Origin: Nitrospirales bacterium
GTDB lineage: Bacteria; Nitrospirota; Nitrospiria; Nitrospirales; UBA8639
Assembly (NCBI GenBank): GCA_965203295.1
Contig: CBDBCZ010000017.1
Span: 2,112,001-2,176,000 of the forward strand
Direction: 5' to 3'
Length of the DNA stretch: 64,000 nt
This document shows, piece after piece, positions 26,004-38,221 of the stretch; position 1 is the first letter of the stretch, and each line of letters begins with the position of its first letter. The position numbers and the translations under genes were made by a program. The notes beneath the pieces were generated by a model. It saw only the letters and a list, made by a program, of their open reading frames with translations, ran no database searches and had not been told where the DNA came from.

Positions 26004-26110
26004 TAGGCTGCCACAATTGTATGCTGAGATGCAGCACCCTTCTTTATAAAGGAAGCCCTGCACAAAACAGTTGTGGGTTTTTGAAAATCCTAATTACGAT
26101 GTATGAATAC
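26004..26110 (-). pseudogene. Type A promoter with internally deleted RNA body
   Basis: TTTATAAAG and PSE-like motif, followed directly by ACAAUUGUGGCAGCCU. Flanks are homologous to the 38168 copy. Confidence 0.4.
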
Positions 26111-27675
26111 AATTGTATACTGCCTTTCTATTTCGCTGACAGTCCCTCTCCCATTGGGTGCCACGCCTCCCTCTCCTCTGGGGTACCTACTGCCCCCCTC
26201 TCTCATCCACCCACCACATTAGTACAGCAGTGAGTGACCCACTACTAGCATACGCCTTGCATACGCAGGTCTGGGAAAAGCGATATGAATGCATTCCCCC
26301 CACTATGATGGAGTCAATTTTCAACAGAAAGCTGAGGCCTGAATGTGGAGCTGCCTCCATGCAGCTCCACATCATATAAAAGGATTGTTTAAAATGGGTA
26401 AATTATTCGATCCTCTAATAATTCATACCCTCTAATATTTCATGTATTTGAATAATTCGCACACTCCCAATTTTCACCAGTTTGGATTGTAAATGTGCAT
26501 ACAACACACATGCAATACTCTACATAACGCTATGCCTAGTACTATCCAGATGCAATGCTGTATTGCTTAGTATTAAAAATGCATCCTGACTCACTTTTCC
26601 ACCCTGGTGTCAATGTCAGCCTTGAGTTCCTGGTGTCTGTCCATCGTTTCCCCAGCCCCTGGGATATCCCTGGCCAGCTCATCTGACTCCACAATCTGAA
26701 AGCGTAAATTTAGGAAGATCCCAAGTTTAGAGACTCACACATGTAAGCATGAACTTGCCATGGAATTCTCAATGAACAGCATTAAAGTAAACCTCACACC
26801 GAGGCCTTTCACCTCATACTGTAGCCATGGAGAAAAATTTGGACAAAAGGATTTTGGTATGAATTGAGGAATGTCGGGTAGTTATACAGCGGGGGGGGGG
26901 GGTGGCGATGTGGCTAGAGTCCACACATATTATTTGTCTACTTTCTATACTACAAACCAATTCTGGGTAGCAATCTAGCCAATGTGATCTACATGTACGT
27001 ACAAGATCTTATAAGTGTTCCTCTACCCTGAGCCCCAATGTCTGTGAAGGTAGATGGGACTTAGAGAAGTAGTCAGCTAACTGAATATTCAACAGTGCAG
27101 GCTGGCAGTTTAAAGCTAAATTTGTGCAAGACTATCCCTCTTCTTATTTCATTTTTTACCCTGCACCCGTATACACAAGTGGGGTTGAGCAATCTGCTGT
27201 TGTTGTACAGCTGTCCTTAAAAAATTTTCGATTTAGAGGCTCTAACAATTTCAAAACAGGATGTAACTAAAGAAATAAAAAAATCGAGGTGTGTGTGTGT
27301 CCTGACAGTGACCTAAGGGTTCTAGCCAGCTCTATCTTATTCAATATCAGTAAGGTCTACCATTTTAATACGCTCTAGAACTCCAACTCCAAGTGAAGAA
27401 CTCCAAAAAGGCAGAGGCCAGGCACACACGGTCACTTGACATGTGTTCATAGTGGAGTATACATAGCGAAGTGTCTGTGCCTTTACTGCGGTGATCAGTC
27501 ACGCCCTACGGCAGTACATGAACACGATATACTTGTATTTCACGCTGCCAATAATTTAGGTCCGGTCTTCAGAGTCCAGGAGCGTGGGGCATGTATCTGC
27601 TGAAAACGTTTATTTGCTTTTTGTGAGGGCGGGGGGAGGGGAGGGTCTAGTGAGCTACACTAAGGGTTCTCTAAC

Positions 27676-27767
27676 CTTTCTGATCACTGCTTGTCCAGTT
27701 CAGCATTATCTCAGGTGCCCTTCAGCAGCCGTCAGTCATAGATCTCACTCACTCCTCGCTTTAGGTC
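27676..27767 (-). pseudogene. p38 MAPK exon remnant (second lineage)
   Basis: tag|[24 protein letters not shown]|gttag. Confidence 0.75.
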
Positions 27768-28306
27768 CTAAGGTGGGGGAGAGGGAATATGCAATAACCA
27801 GGTCATGTGGAAGCAACTAATTACAGCAATGGAGAGAACCAATTACTACTGAGTGATGTGAAGCAGAGTGAGGTCAGTACTTGGGCTCAGATCTCTCTTA
27901 GCAATCTGTAGGGTCACCATTCCACACATACGCCCTTATGCTCCCAATATCCAACAATCGCCACGAGTGCACATCCAAGTCAAGACATTCTGATCACTAA
28001 CCGACAGCAAGGTAGGATCTGAGGATCCAAGAAGTTGAAGAGAGGACAGCAGAAGATACTACTGCTGCTATGGTACTTGCTAGGCAACAGTGTAAGTACC
28101 AGGAGACCCCAGAGGCTGACTGAGACCAGGCTCCAACGAGGGAGAGAGGTCAGGCACCACTGGAATAGAGTGTGCCAGAGAGAGAGAGAAGGGCAGTAGG
28201 TACCCTTCGGAAGAGAGGGAGTGTCATGCTTTAACTACGTACCAGAAATGCCAGTTTGTATGCTGGGAGTGGGAGGTGGGTGGGGGGGGGGGGGGAGCCT
28301 AAGGAT

Positions 28307-28380
28307 AGCAAGTCACTTGTGGGTTGGCACAGTTATCGATATTCCTTCAGTCATTACTGTCTATGATCACTGTTCACTCT
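28307..28380 (-). promoter_or_regulatory. Orphan type B promoter fragment (duplicate at about 47665-47738)
   Basis: AGCAAGTCACTTGTGGGTT plus upstream flank matching the 19700-19800 copy. TATA and RNA body are missing. Confidence 0.4.
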
Positions 28381-28490
28381 AAGTGGAGCCTGAGCGACAA
28401 GATATACAGTCACTGTGGTCCAAGTGCCTGTTAGGAACATTAGCTCAATAAATGCACACACCCGGCCTGTCATACTGATGTATACACCAA

Positions 28491-29470
28491 ATAGCCTCGT
28501 TCCCAGTACTTTACACCCCAGCTTTTATCTCACAGCCATGGGGAAAAAGTAAGGGGGAAGGCCTGGTACCACTTATCACGTGCCGTGATGCAGGGTAGAC
28601 GTTTATACCCACACAATGGTACTTACATGCCCATGCACTACTGCATAGCGCTTAAATTTCAAATGTCTTTAATTTCACAAATTTCGTGAATCCGCAAAAT
28701 TATTTTTAATTTTGTCGCTTCCGACTTTACACAGATGTTTCTGTTTCAGTACTTCAAGTGCCCTCGTCCGCGATTTCTGCAGCAAACAGGCAAATCACTG
28801 CTATCTGCCAGCGCGACGGTCAGGGAGCATACTTGAAAATGAGCACAGAGAAGAGGGCCGAAATTGGACATCAAGCAGCGGAGCATGGAGTGCTAGCCAC
28901 CATTCACTGCTACGCTATTGTCTGTGTGCAGTACACCCGGTTACACCCCACCCATAAATTCAGTAGTACGTGTTTAATGAATTTGCAAATTATTTAGCTA
29001 TTCGCTATTTTTAGACCCACCAAATTTAAGCGTTATGTGGTAAATGAAAAACGGCATCCGTTGAGCACAGAATGACTGCAAAATTGAAACTGAGGGCTGT
29101 TGACTGAGATAAACAATCCTTCGGGTAGCGTTTTGTGTAAGTTCTAACTGTTCACGGCTGAAAGGGACCATTCTAGAATGCCTGATGGCGGGTGAGAGGC
29201 CATGACAGTGAGAGATGCTCCTACCTTTTATCTAGCTGCCATGAGTGTGGCCTGTGGGCTTATCGCTGCCTGAAGGATCGTCTGCCTCAGTCAACAGGCC
29301 TCGGTGGTGTCATTTCTGTTGTTCTGCGTTCAGCAAATGCCGATCTTGAATTATTAAGTGGGCATGTAAGTCTACCCTACATCACGGCCCGTGATAAGTG
29401 GTACCAGGACTTCCCCCTCGCTTTTACCCCACGGCTGCGAGATAAAAGCTAGGGTGTGGAAATGAGGCTA
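28491..29470. mobile_element. MITE, TAGCCTCG family, with nested TA-type MITE at 28638-29042 (duplicate about 47850-48865)
   Basis: Inverted ends. The nested element carries a pogo-like N-terminal fragment, GAYLKMSTEKRAEIGHQAAEHGV. Confidence 0.6.
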
Positions 29471-30172
29471 TACGCCAATGCCGTTTGACAACATTGGCAC
29501 ACAATCCGAAAGTGCCACTCCCCAGTGTGTGGATGATAACTGTCACAGTGAGCTAATATTAGCTCCAGCGGTTTGGCCTCTCCCGAGCAGTTCACGAGAT
29601 AATGATTATACAATGAATAACATTGCTACATAAAAATTTGTGAATAGCCTGATCATGTTCCAAGGCATTGTAGACAGAGCATACACCTCAGCAAATGGGT
29701 TTACAAGTCCTTGGGTCCTTGTAGTGTTTTCTGTCCTAGCATTTAGAATCATGCAGGCTTGTTTCCCAAGAACTCCAAGGCAGATTTCTTGTGTGCACAC
29801 ATGCCTATTTCCCATAATCAGTCAGTGTGGCGCCGATAATAGGAAAGTGCCGATACTTTGTCACTTAAAATTACATTACATACGCATTTCATAGACAGTT
29901 CATGGGTAGTGAGTAGATGATCGTGCCCGGTAGCAGCTTGCAGTGACATCACCTGATTACATCGGCTTCAAGTTCCTCCATGAGCAAATTCTACCATCAA
30001 ATCCTACATCTACATAGCCATCTACCTCTTCTCTCACCCAATGAATAAGCCATTTGAAAAAAAACAAAAAAACATGCAGGGATGGAATCTCCAAAGAAAC
30101 AAAACAGCACCACAATGCTTTACAAAATGTCATCCCCACATCTAATGAGTTTACTTTCTAAGGGACTGAGTT

Positions 30173-30241
30173 GAGCCTTTTGGCTCTCCAAAAATTGTGT
30201 GCATTACTTCACGCACTTTTTCCAGGTACATCAGCCATCCC
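30173..30241 (-). ncRNA. Sm-site small RNA gene, type A variant
   Basis: Sm site 30188-30196, 3' stem GAGCC-AAAA-GGCUC, internal GUGCGU/AUGCAC stem. TATA 30265-30271, PSE-like 30289-30299. Confidence 0.68.
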
Positions 30242-31928
30242 AAATCTCTGCTGCAGCTTGCTCCTTATAAACCCAGTCATTGCGAAAACACTTGTGGGTC
30301 TAGCAGCTACTAATGAATTCATAGGACACTTCCTATGATTAGTAATTCACAAATTGATCCTTACAATGTCACTACTGTAACAGCTGCACAACAATACATA
30401 GTGTCATGGCAAATGGAGCCCATTGTAGCCTGGGAACGAGGCTAGCCCATTGCGCAGTAGGTGGAAGAATGACACGAGGTGGAAAGCTGCTGTGTGTGCC
30501 TTGAGACCTGACTAGGGGATGTGGCTATAATGCTACTCAGCAACGCTCCAGGCTACGCCCGATCGTGCTCGTGACGAACCCTCAACAACATAGCTCTCAG
30601 CTGACTCCTCTCTACACTACACTGCTAGTCGATGTGAGGCAGGTTCATTGTCTTTTAGGCAATATCAGAAGCAGTTTGCTCCTTCAGCCTATCTAGCAGG
30701 GACACAAATAGCACTAGCAAACGACTGTAAGATACGATTGTCAGATACACTAGTACCGCCAGTTGAATATGGGCTGCTGCAGGAGCGCATGAAAAGTGGA
30801 AGAGAGTAGGAGCAAGAAGCTCCCATGCGAAAGATTTATACTTTCCTCGGTAGCTCCATTACTATTATGCGCAAGCACGTGCTACAGTCTGTTAGCTTGT
30901 GGATGGCTTGACACAGAAGGTCATGGCCATGTAGTAAAATGACTTACAGTGTTCAGTAACCCTGACAAGGCCGCCTGTGACTCTTGACTGTCAAGCATTT
31001 GCTTCCAGTGATATCAAAAGTGATATATAGCTCAGGGCTGAAGATAAGTCTCTGGAAGCAGCCTGAGTCTGTTTCTGAAGGTAAGGCACGGTTTGGGCAT
31101 ACATTCTGAACATGGCATACATGTACCATGCCTACCGGTATATCCATTCATTGAGCCTGCTGTTACCTACACGTGCACATGAAGCTTGTCCTACCGCCCA
31201 GAGCTGCAGCTAGCAAAAGCCTAAAATAGCAAGCCTGTTTCAAGGACTGTTAGTAGCTACCCACCTAACCTGCTTCCATCCAACACTCAGCTACAAAAGT
31301 GGTGATGACTGTGAAAGTGTATTCACTAAGGGTCGAGCTAGTACAGTGCAGCTACGGCTAGGCTTCGGTCTTAGACTTCCTGTTATGCTTTGCAGTTGTT
31401 TGCAGTCGCTGTTTCTGCAGTTGTTTGCAGTTTCTCCTTTGAATTACTGCCTCCACATGGCTCAGGCAGGAATCAGTCAGCTACACTAGCTATAGTGGAG
31501 ATTTTTAATGCAAAGTTGAGGATTGAACGTGGAGCTGCCTCTACATGTACGTGGCTTAGTCAGTAGCACTATTGCCGGCTTTGCAATAATTATGCAAAAT
31601 GTTCCATACAAGTCACTAGAGGTGACATTTCTTTTCATTTCTATCTGTATAGAGTGAGCGAGTTCAACAAGCCCAAGTAGTTGCGCGAGCAAAGCGAACA
31701 CAACTACTAGCACATGTAAACCAGAGATTTAAGGCTACAAGACAGCAGTCCATTTGTAAAGTGAGACAGTGTATTCCTGCTAGCATGTACAATTACATGT
31801 AGCCTGAGGAATGCTGCCAACTCCCTAGACACTCACTGTTACACTACTCACAACTAGCATGTTTGACTGGCCACTAATGAGATCTAACAAAGGCCCACCC
31901 TGGTGACCCCCTCTACCAAGACACTAAC

Positions 31929-32061
31929 CATAGCACATCCAGTTCAGCATGATCTCAGGCGCCCTCCAGTAGCGTGTTGTGACGTAGCCGGTCATGATCT
32001 CGGCTGACGCTCGAAGACTTTGATCTCACTCACTCCGGTGTTGCTGAGCTTCTCACAGAGC
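31929..32061 (-). pseudogene. p38 MAPK activation-loop exon remnant
   Basis: [28 protein letters not shown]|gttagt with an intact TGY motif. The DFG region is deleted and the 5' part is frameshifted. Confidence 0.88.
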
Positions 32062-32612
32062 CTGAGGTTGGAAACAGGTTGGCATGGCAATGTAAGCTTC
32101 AGAACATATTTCTCCAACTTGTGAGGGGAAATCAAGGCTAGCAGTGGACGGCATGTGGTGTGTGGGGGGTTGAAAAATGTCCAAAGATGTAGTAATCTGT
32201 AAAAGAATTTCGGTACCATGATTGGTTGTTTTTTATGGATTCCATCCCTACATGTTCTTTAAGTGTTTTTCCTTTAACCTATGTAGCTGTTTCTGTCCTT
32301 TATCAATGGAAAGAAGAGTATGAATGGTTGTGCAAACGGTATTATTAGGTAATTGTGATTATTATGCTCTGGAGTTATGCATCAGTGAACTCTGTCAATT
32401 TCCTATAGAGAACGTCGAACACACACACAGCAATCTCAATTCACATCACAACAGGGGGCTTACACACACGCTTGCCCCTAAAATTTTCAGCCTTCAATTA
32501 CGGAGAAAATTGTTCGCCATGTCTTGTGGTCTTGTTAAATGGGCTGGCCGAATCTTAGCTAGTACTTTCCTATCTTGTTCACATTCAATTCTCAGTTTCT
32601 ACAAAATTCAAC

Positions 32613-33809
32613 TACCATAGTGACCGGTTAATAAGCGCACACAGCTATTAGGCGCATGTTTTATAACAAGCGCATACTTCCTACGTATTAGTTAATTGCC
32701 CTACTGAAAATATTTGACAAGATCCTACCAAAATCTTGAAGATAACCTTGCAAGAATCTCATGTGATTCTTGCATAGAATCTTTCAGATTCTTGCAAGGT
32801 TTTGGAACACATCTTGAGAAGATCTTATCAGGATTCTTGGCATGGATTCTCAAGAATCGTGAAAGTTCCTTGGAAGAATCCTGCCAGATCATCCCAGAAA
32901 CCACACAGAATCTTGGGAAACCCCAAAGAATCTTGGCAAGTCTTGCCATGAATCTTGCTAAATCCTCCCAGAAACTACAAAGGATCTTTGCAAGTCTTGC
33001 CATGAATCTTGCTAACTCCTCCCAGAAACTACAAAGGATCTTGGCATGCATCTCCCATGAATCTTGCTAAATCCTCCCAGAAACTACAAAGGATCTTGGC
33101 ATGCATCTCCCATGAATCTTGCTAAATCCTCCCAGAAACTACAAAGGATCTTGGCATGCATCTCCCATGAATCTTGCTAAATCCTCCCAGAAACTACAAA
33201 GGATCTTGGCATGCATCTCCCATGAATCTTAGTTAATCCTGCCAGGATTTTTGTTGAATCTTCCAAGAATCTTATCTTAATACATGTGGTGCATGCGCTT
33301 GTTACACGTGCTAAAATCGCCGAAAGGTCAGAGTCAGTACTGTTTTTGTGAGTGAGCTTGAGATCGAGATTGAGATGGCGCGGGCAGAAGCTCCTGTAAC
33401 CCAACCGTGCCTTAAAAAGTGTCAAATCTTACGCTACAGTTCTCGAGAGACGTGTCTACTTTTACCGCTCTAGGTTTCAAAAGGCACACAGCAAACCGAT
33501 TACGTTCACTCTCCTCCTCGCGTAAAAGTACCTTGCCAATAATAGGGGACCACCCTCTCTTATAGATATGGTGGCCGCGCACAACACTCTCGTGCAGGTA
33601 CACACCATCTTCATCTGTCAGACTCGTGCTCGCCTTTGCCAATATCCACACGGCGATACTAATTCCGATAACTCATACCGGGAACCGCGATTACCGCTAG
33701 CAAGCGCTTACGTAATTATCGTTAATAAGCGCATACCGGCTAATAAGCGCACAGTTTCTTACCGCTGTCTACGATAGGCGCATGCGCTTATTAACCAGTC
33801 ACTACGGTA
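32613..33809. mobile_element. TIR element with a HIRAN-like ORF remnant and nested repeat (duplicate 51473-52449)
   Basis: TACC(A/G)TAGTGACCGGTTAATAAGCGCA inverted termini. Minus-strand ESVVRGHHIYKRGWSPIIG...NRFAV resembles HIRAN-like domains of invertebrate DNA transposons. Confidence 0.65.
32953..33229 (+). repeat. 55 bp tandem repeat
   Basis: TCTTGCTAAATCCTCCCAGAAACTACAAAGGATCTTGGCATGCATCTCCCATGAA about 5 times; a single unit in the duplicate at about 51812. Confidence 0.9.
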
Positions 33810-34375
33810 GTCCATGCAATCACACGTGCTAATACTGTAGCATTCTCACACTTGTACCACAATGCCCTGTATTCACGTAGTGCATGCTACCACAACACTG
33901 ACTATTAGCTATCAGAGTCACGGGATGGTCAAAATTAGCCAGTGTTGGTGGATTTGTAGTACTGCTACCAAGGGAGGCTTGAGGTCTTGTAGTCAGTATA
34001 AAGCTATGAGCACTCGAAGGTAGCTGATTAAGAGCAATGTGGCAACACATACACACACTCGGTCCCTACATCCCTACATGTTCTTAAAGTGTTTTTCCTT
34101 TAACCTAGCTGTTTCTGTCCTTTATCAATGGAAAAAGGCAACACACACACACACACACACTCGGTTCCTTGCATGAAAATACAGCAGAGCACTCTGGATA
34201 CACTCTCCAGCATTTTATCACAACATGTGGTAGGCTATAAAAGGAGTTCAGGAAATAAGGCTATTCCTTTGATCTACTCTTGCAACGTACTGGCAACCTC
34301 ATTCCCAGGCCTTCCCCCTTGGGCTGCAAGACAAAAGCTAGGGCAGGAAGGAGTGGATCTGAGACTATAGGACCT

Positions 34376-34443
34376 TCCTTAAAAATGCAGCTCTTGTTCA
34401 AAACACTATGTGGGTGGACGCTACAATTAAGGTGCATGAATAC
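34376..34443 (-). promoter_or_regulatory. Decayed type A promoter (duplicate at about 53016-53083)
   Basis: Degenerate TATA and PSE-like motif with intact AATTAAGGTGCATGAATAC. A MITE remnant lies immediately downstream. Confidence 0.4.
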
Positions 34444-37400
34444 TATATACTAGAGCCTGGCGTAATTCCACTTGCAGCTGCTTTCCCCCTGATGGTAGAG
34501 TTGTTAATGTAGCTTGTAACTGTAGTTACCCGCATGCGTATGCAAGTAGGTTATTTAAGTAATTGCTCCTGTTCATCTGTTTGTCGTCAGTCCAGAGAGA
34601 AGAAAGAGAATTAAAGGATTTAAGACCTTTATAAGCAGCATAACAAAAAAGAGCAAAACAAAACAGCCATGATGTATGCGTACCTGATCAAAGCAGTTCT
34701 TTATGCTAGCATTTTCTATTCTTCATAACACTGGCCCTACCTCTTCACGATCACAGAGATGGGAAACTTAGAACTTTACAATTGGAGAGGCATGTATACT
34801 TGCTATTTATTTATTTGTAATACGTGGCTCCACCTTTTACGAGCACTTGTTTTTTTTTCTCGATAGGTGCTCATAGTCCATTTTAGTGATCCTCAATGTG
34901 ATAGTAACACACAGGGTAAGTACTTACTGTCTATATTACTTTAAGGTATTATGGCATTGGAGATTGTGTACAACAGTACTGTTCAGATCTGACAAATTCG
35001 AGGTCATCATGCGTTTACGAGATAAAACATGGTTTGCAGTTTAGTAATCCAGCAAAGGAAGTCAGCAAAAACTGTTGTTGTCCACATTAATAGCACGCTC
35101 ATGCATGCATTCAATATACATTAGAGCCCCCAGCAGGCCAACACTCATTGCAATCATATCAGTGAGGTGGCCAGAACCCCAATCATAGTGAACACAAAAC
35201 AGTGGGGCAACTCACTACCCTAACCACAGCCAAAATGCCACCAGAAGCCCCTGGACCTTCCTAACCTAGCTCACAATAGATACAATTGCAGGCATATTGT
35301 TTTCACCAATGACACTGTCTACACACCATCTACCTAGCTAGCTAGACCTATCATATGTTTGAGGGAGAGATTTTTTGTGGATCACAAGAATGCACATTCA
35401 AATGAAAAACTTGGTGGAAATATTTTTGCGATTCCGCTGCAGCAAGGCCATGCCTACTATCTTTGAGTTTAGGGAAGGAAAGGCGTCATGCTTAGCTGCC
35501 CTTTTACCAATTCCGGCAGTTTTTTTTCAAAGCGGTCATACGGCCTATGCTGAGCACTGTCCTACCTCCTTGTCTCCACTGCCAATGCCGCATGGCTTTT
35601 ACCGCTTTATGGGCGGCTGAAATGGCGGAAGCAGATACTACCACTAAACGTAGACCACTGGGCAAAGATAATGCTGACTACACGTGTGGAACATATCGGT
35701 ACAGTGCCATCACAGCACACTGAGACTAGCTTAGTACATGCCGAATGCTGATGATTTTAAATTTTCACAAACAATATTTTCGTGTACAGTTACAAAGCTG
35801 TGAAATTTACGAAACTACTCTCCCTCAAAGAAATCCCACTATACGGTAGCTAATATCTATTAGAGACAGCTAGACTTCAAGACAGCAGTCTTAGCTTTGT
35901 TCCCAGTCTCCACTGCTAGCTCTTTTTTAGTATGTTGGAAAGTAAGTAGCACATTATATGAAAATAAAGGTAGTGGAGCCTGGGCTGGGAGTGCTTGCAC
36001 TCTCATATGGACGCAGGTCTAGTATTTGTGGAGCCGCACAGTGGGAATGCGCAGCTTCGTTCCCCGGGCATATTTGGTTAGTAATACATAAAACTCATCA
36101 CAGTGCCTGGTGAGTAAAGTCACACGCACAGGACAAAGAGAAAGGAAGTAGAAAGGTATAGACTGGGGGTGAGCACAGCTGCAATTCTCAGATGAGTGAA
36201 GGTAGCAAATCCGTGGCTAATCTTCATAGCCCGTTTGTGTCACCGACTTATTGCTGAAACAGGGTCTCTGGTAGAATGTAGAGAAACACAGCCATCGTTT
36301 GATTAGTTCCTACACATAGAGATACCAGGCGCTACTAGTGAACCAGGACCAGGAAAAAGTTTGGATAGTGTAAGGTTAGGGTACAGAGCTGTTTCAGAGA
36401 CATTTCCAGAACTGTGTGATGACATGTTCTACATAACCCGAAATGGTGACAAAAAGTTAGTCTGGCCCTTAAGACTACGGCAGGGTGCTAATCCTTCATC
36501 AATCGAGCCCTTGTCTAGGCTCCACCCTTTATTGAACGGGAGGGGCTGAAACGATTTCTATGCACATAAGCCAAGTGACACTGTCCACACTACTCTATGG
36601 TATACAAACCACGTGGGATTGTGGGACTGGTATTTCACATCTGGAGATTACTTTTGGAAGTTTGAGCTAAAGGCTCTGATACTGTGCAGCGTGTGGGCGG
36701 TACTGATTCGTAAAGACTCCATGAGAGCCATTCCTAATCCCTTAAAAAGCGTAATAACAAGTCTGGCATTTCATGTCTAAAAACCAGCCAGGCATCTTTC
36801 CCGTACAATACACACTACTCAGCTCAGGCCCAAGCTAACTGCAGCTGTAGAACTACAAACTATACTACAATAGGCATTCTGCAGAAACTGATAAGCAATC
36901 GAACGCAGTACAGCAAAAGTGCTGACTCAGTAGTTTCGTTGTGTACTTCCAGTTAGTAGCTACATGCCACGAAAACAGGATCTTTATGGCTGCCTACCAA
37001 GTTTTTGTCCTCTGGACAACACACAACCACCTTTATTTGCTGTAGCTTGGCCTGCAAACCTATAAAAGCTGCTATATAATGCAGTTGCATAGAAATGTAT
37101 GACGTAACATATTGCACACGTGATAAGTGTGGACGCACAAACAGACAAACCAACACGGAAAACGTAAAGCAATCTTAGGACCAGCTGTTTGCAGGCTGCG
37201 TGCACTCCGGCTGGTAAAAAATTTATAAGCTTTGGGTGGGGAGGGAGGGAGAATAACACTTCAGCCGAACTAATGCTAAAGTGCTTCCGGTGCCCCTGCC
37301 CAGATGTAGAGAGTGCAGTATAATTGAATGAAAGCATAATCAAAATTAATATCTTAGGAGCTAAGCTTTCTTAGTTACAGAGCTTCACTTAAAGTATTAT

Positions 37401-37892
37401 GCTAATTAAAAAGCTTAATACGTATCCCATAGTGTGCATGCACATTATGTACCACCAAGTGGGGGTATCAAAGGAACGACCATATGCTCATATTCAGTGA
37501 GATTGTCATGTGTTGTACAATTTCAGCAATATTGAATGCTGCACTGCCCAAAAAAGTATTTTACAAAGCCAAAGTAGAGAATTTACAAAGCAGAAGTAAA
37601 TAGTACACAAAGCCTAATTAATTAAACGGTGTAATGGGCTCAGTTTGGCAGTAAAAAAACAAAGCTATCAAAACTACTACATACCCAGAAGTATTCCAGC
37701 AAGGCTTGAAGGGCTACTTAGCAGTCAAATTAGCCTGAGACTAGCACTTTGGCACAAAACGATGGGATGGCAATGTGGCTACATATATACACACAGAGAT
37801 ACAATGAAACTAGGCATAGACGCTGAGATGAAGAGTAGTTTACTACATCGATTTGCGAGCAAGTAAATGCAACATATCCTTCATAAGTTACG

Positions 37893-37960
37893 TATGTGAA
37901 GCAGAGTGAGGTCAGTACTTGGGCTCAGGATCTCAGACAGCATTCGGTACACCAACCACG
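37893..37960 (-). pseudogene. Remnant of the preceding p38 exon (similar remnants at about 12710-12780, 27853-27920, 47200-47268, 56968-57035)
   Basis: Frameshifted WLVYRML..KY..HSA, resembling p38 FLVYQMLKGLKYIHSA. At 12710, 27853 and 47200 it lies just upstream (minus strand) of the DLKP exon. Confidence 0.5.
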
Positions 37961-38167
37961 CTACATACATGTACACACTTGTGCTCCAAATATCTGACAA
38001 CTGCTATGCACATGGTTTATGGGAGTATACCCTTCGAGCCTGCGGCCCTCGCGGCGTATTCCCAAAAATCCTCCTCCACAGCAGGTGGTATATCACTGAT
38101 ATACACCTCCTGAACACGATTTTTTGTAATCTTTGGAGCCAACAAAGCCTTCTCATTAGGGTCCAGT

Positions 38168-38221
38168 AGGCCGCTTTCCAACAATTGTGACAATGTTAGT
38201 ATAATACACTTCAAAACAACA
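38168..38221 (-). pseudogene. Degenerate Sm-site small RNA gene, type A
   Basis: Variant Sm-like AAUUGUUGG and truncated hairpin. TATA 38245-38251 intact, but the PSE-like motif is overwritten by a T-run. Confidence 0.45.

Noticed and set aside
32714..33070. 118 aa and 108 aa ORFs
   Set aside because: Products of the 55 bp tandem repeat inside a transposon.
38017..38075. GAUUUUUGG followed by a hairpin on the minus strand (also about 57095-57150)
   Set aside because: No PSE or TATA at the expected distance. It lies within a GGTATATCACTGATATAC / CGAGGGCCGCAGG dispersed-repeat remnant.
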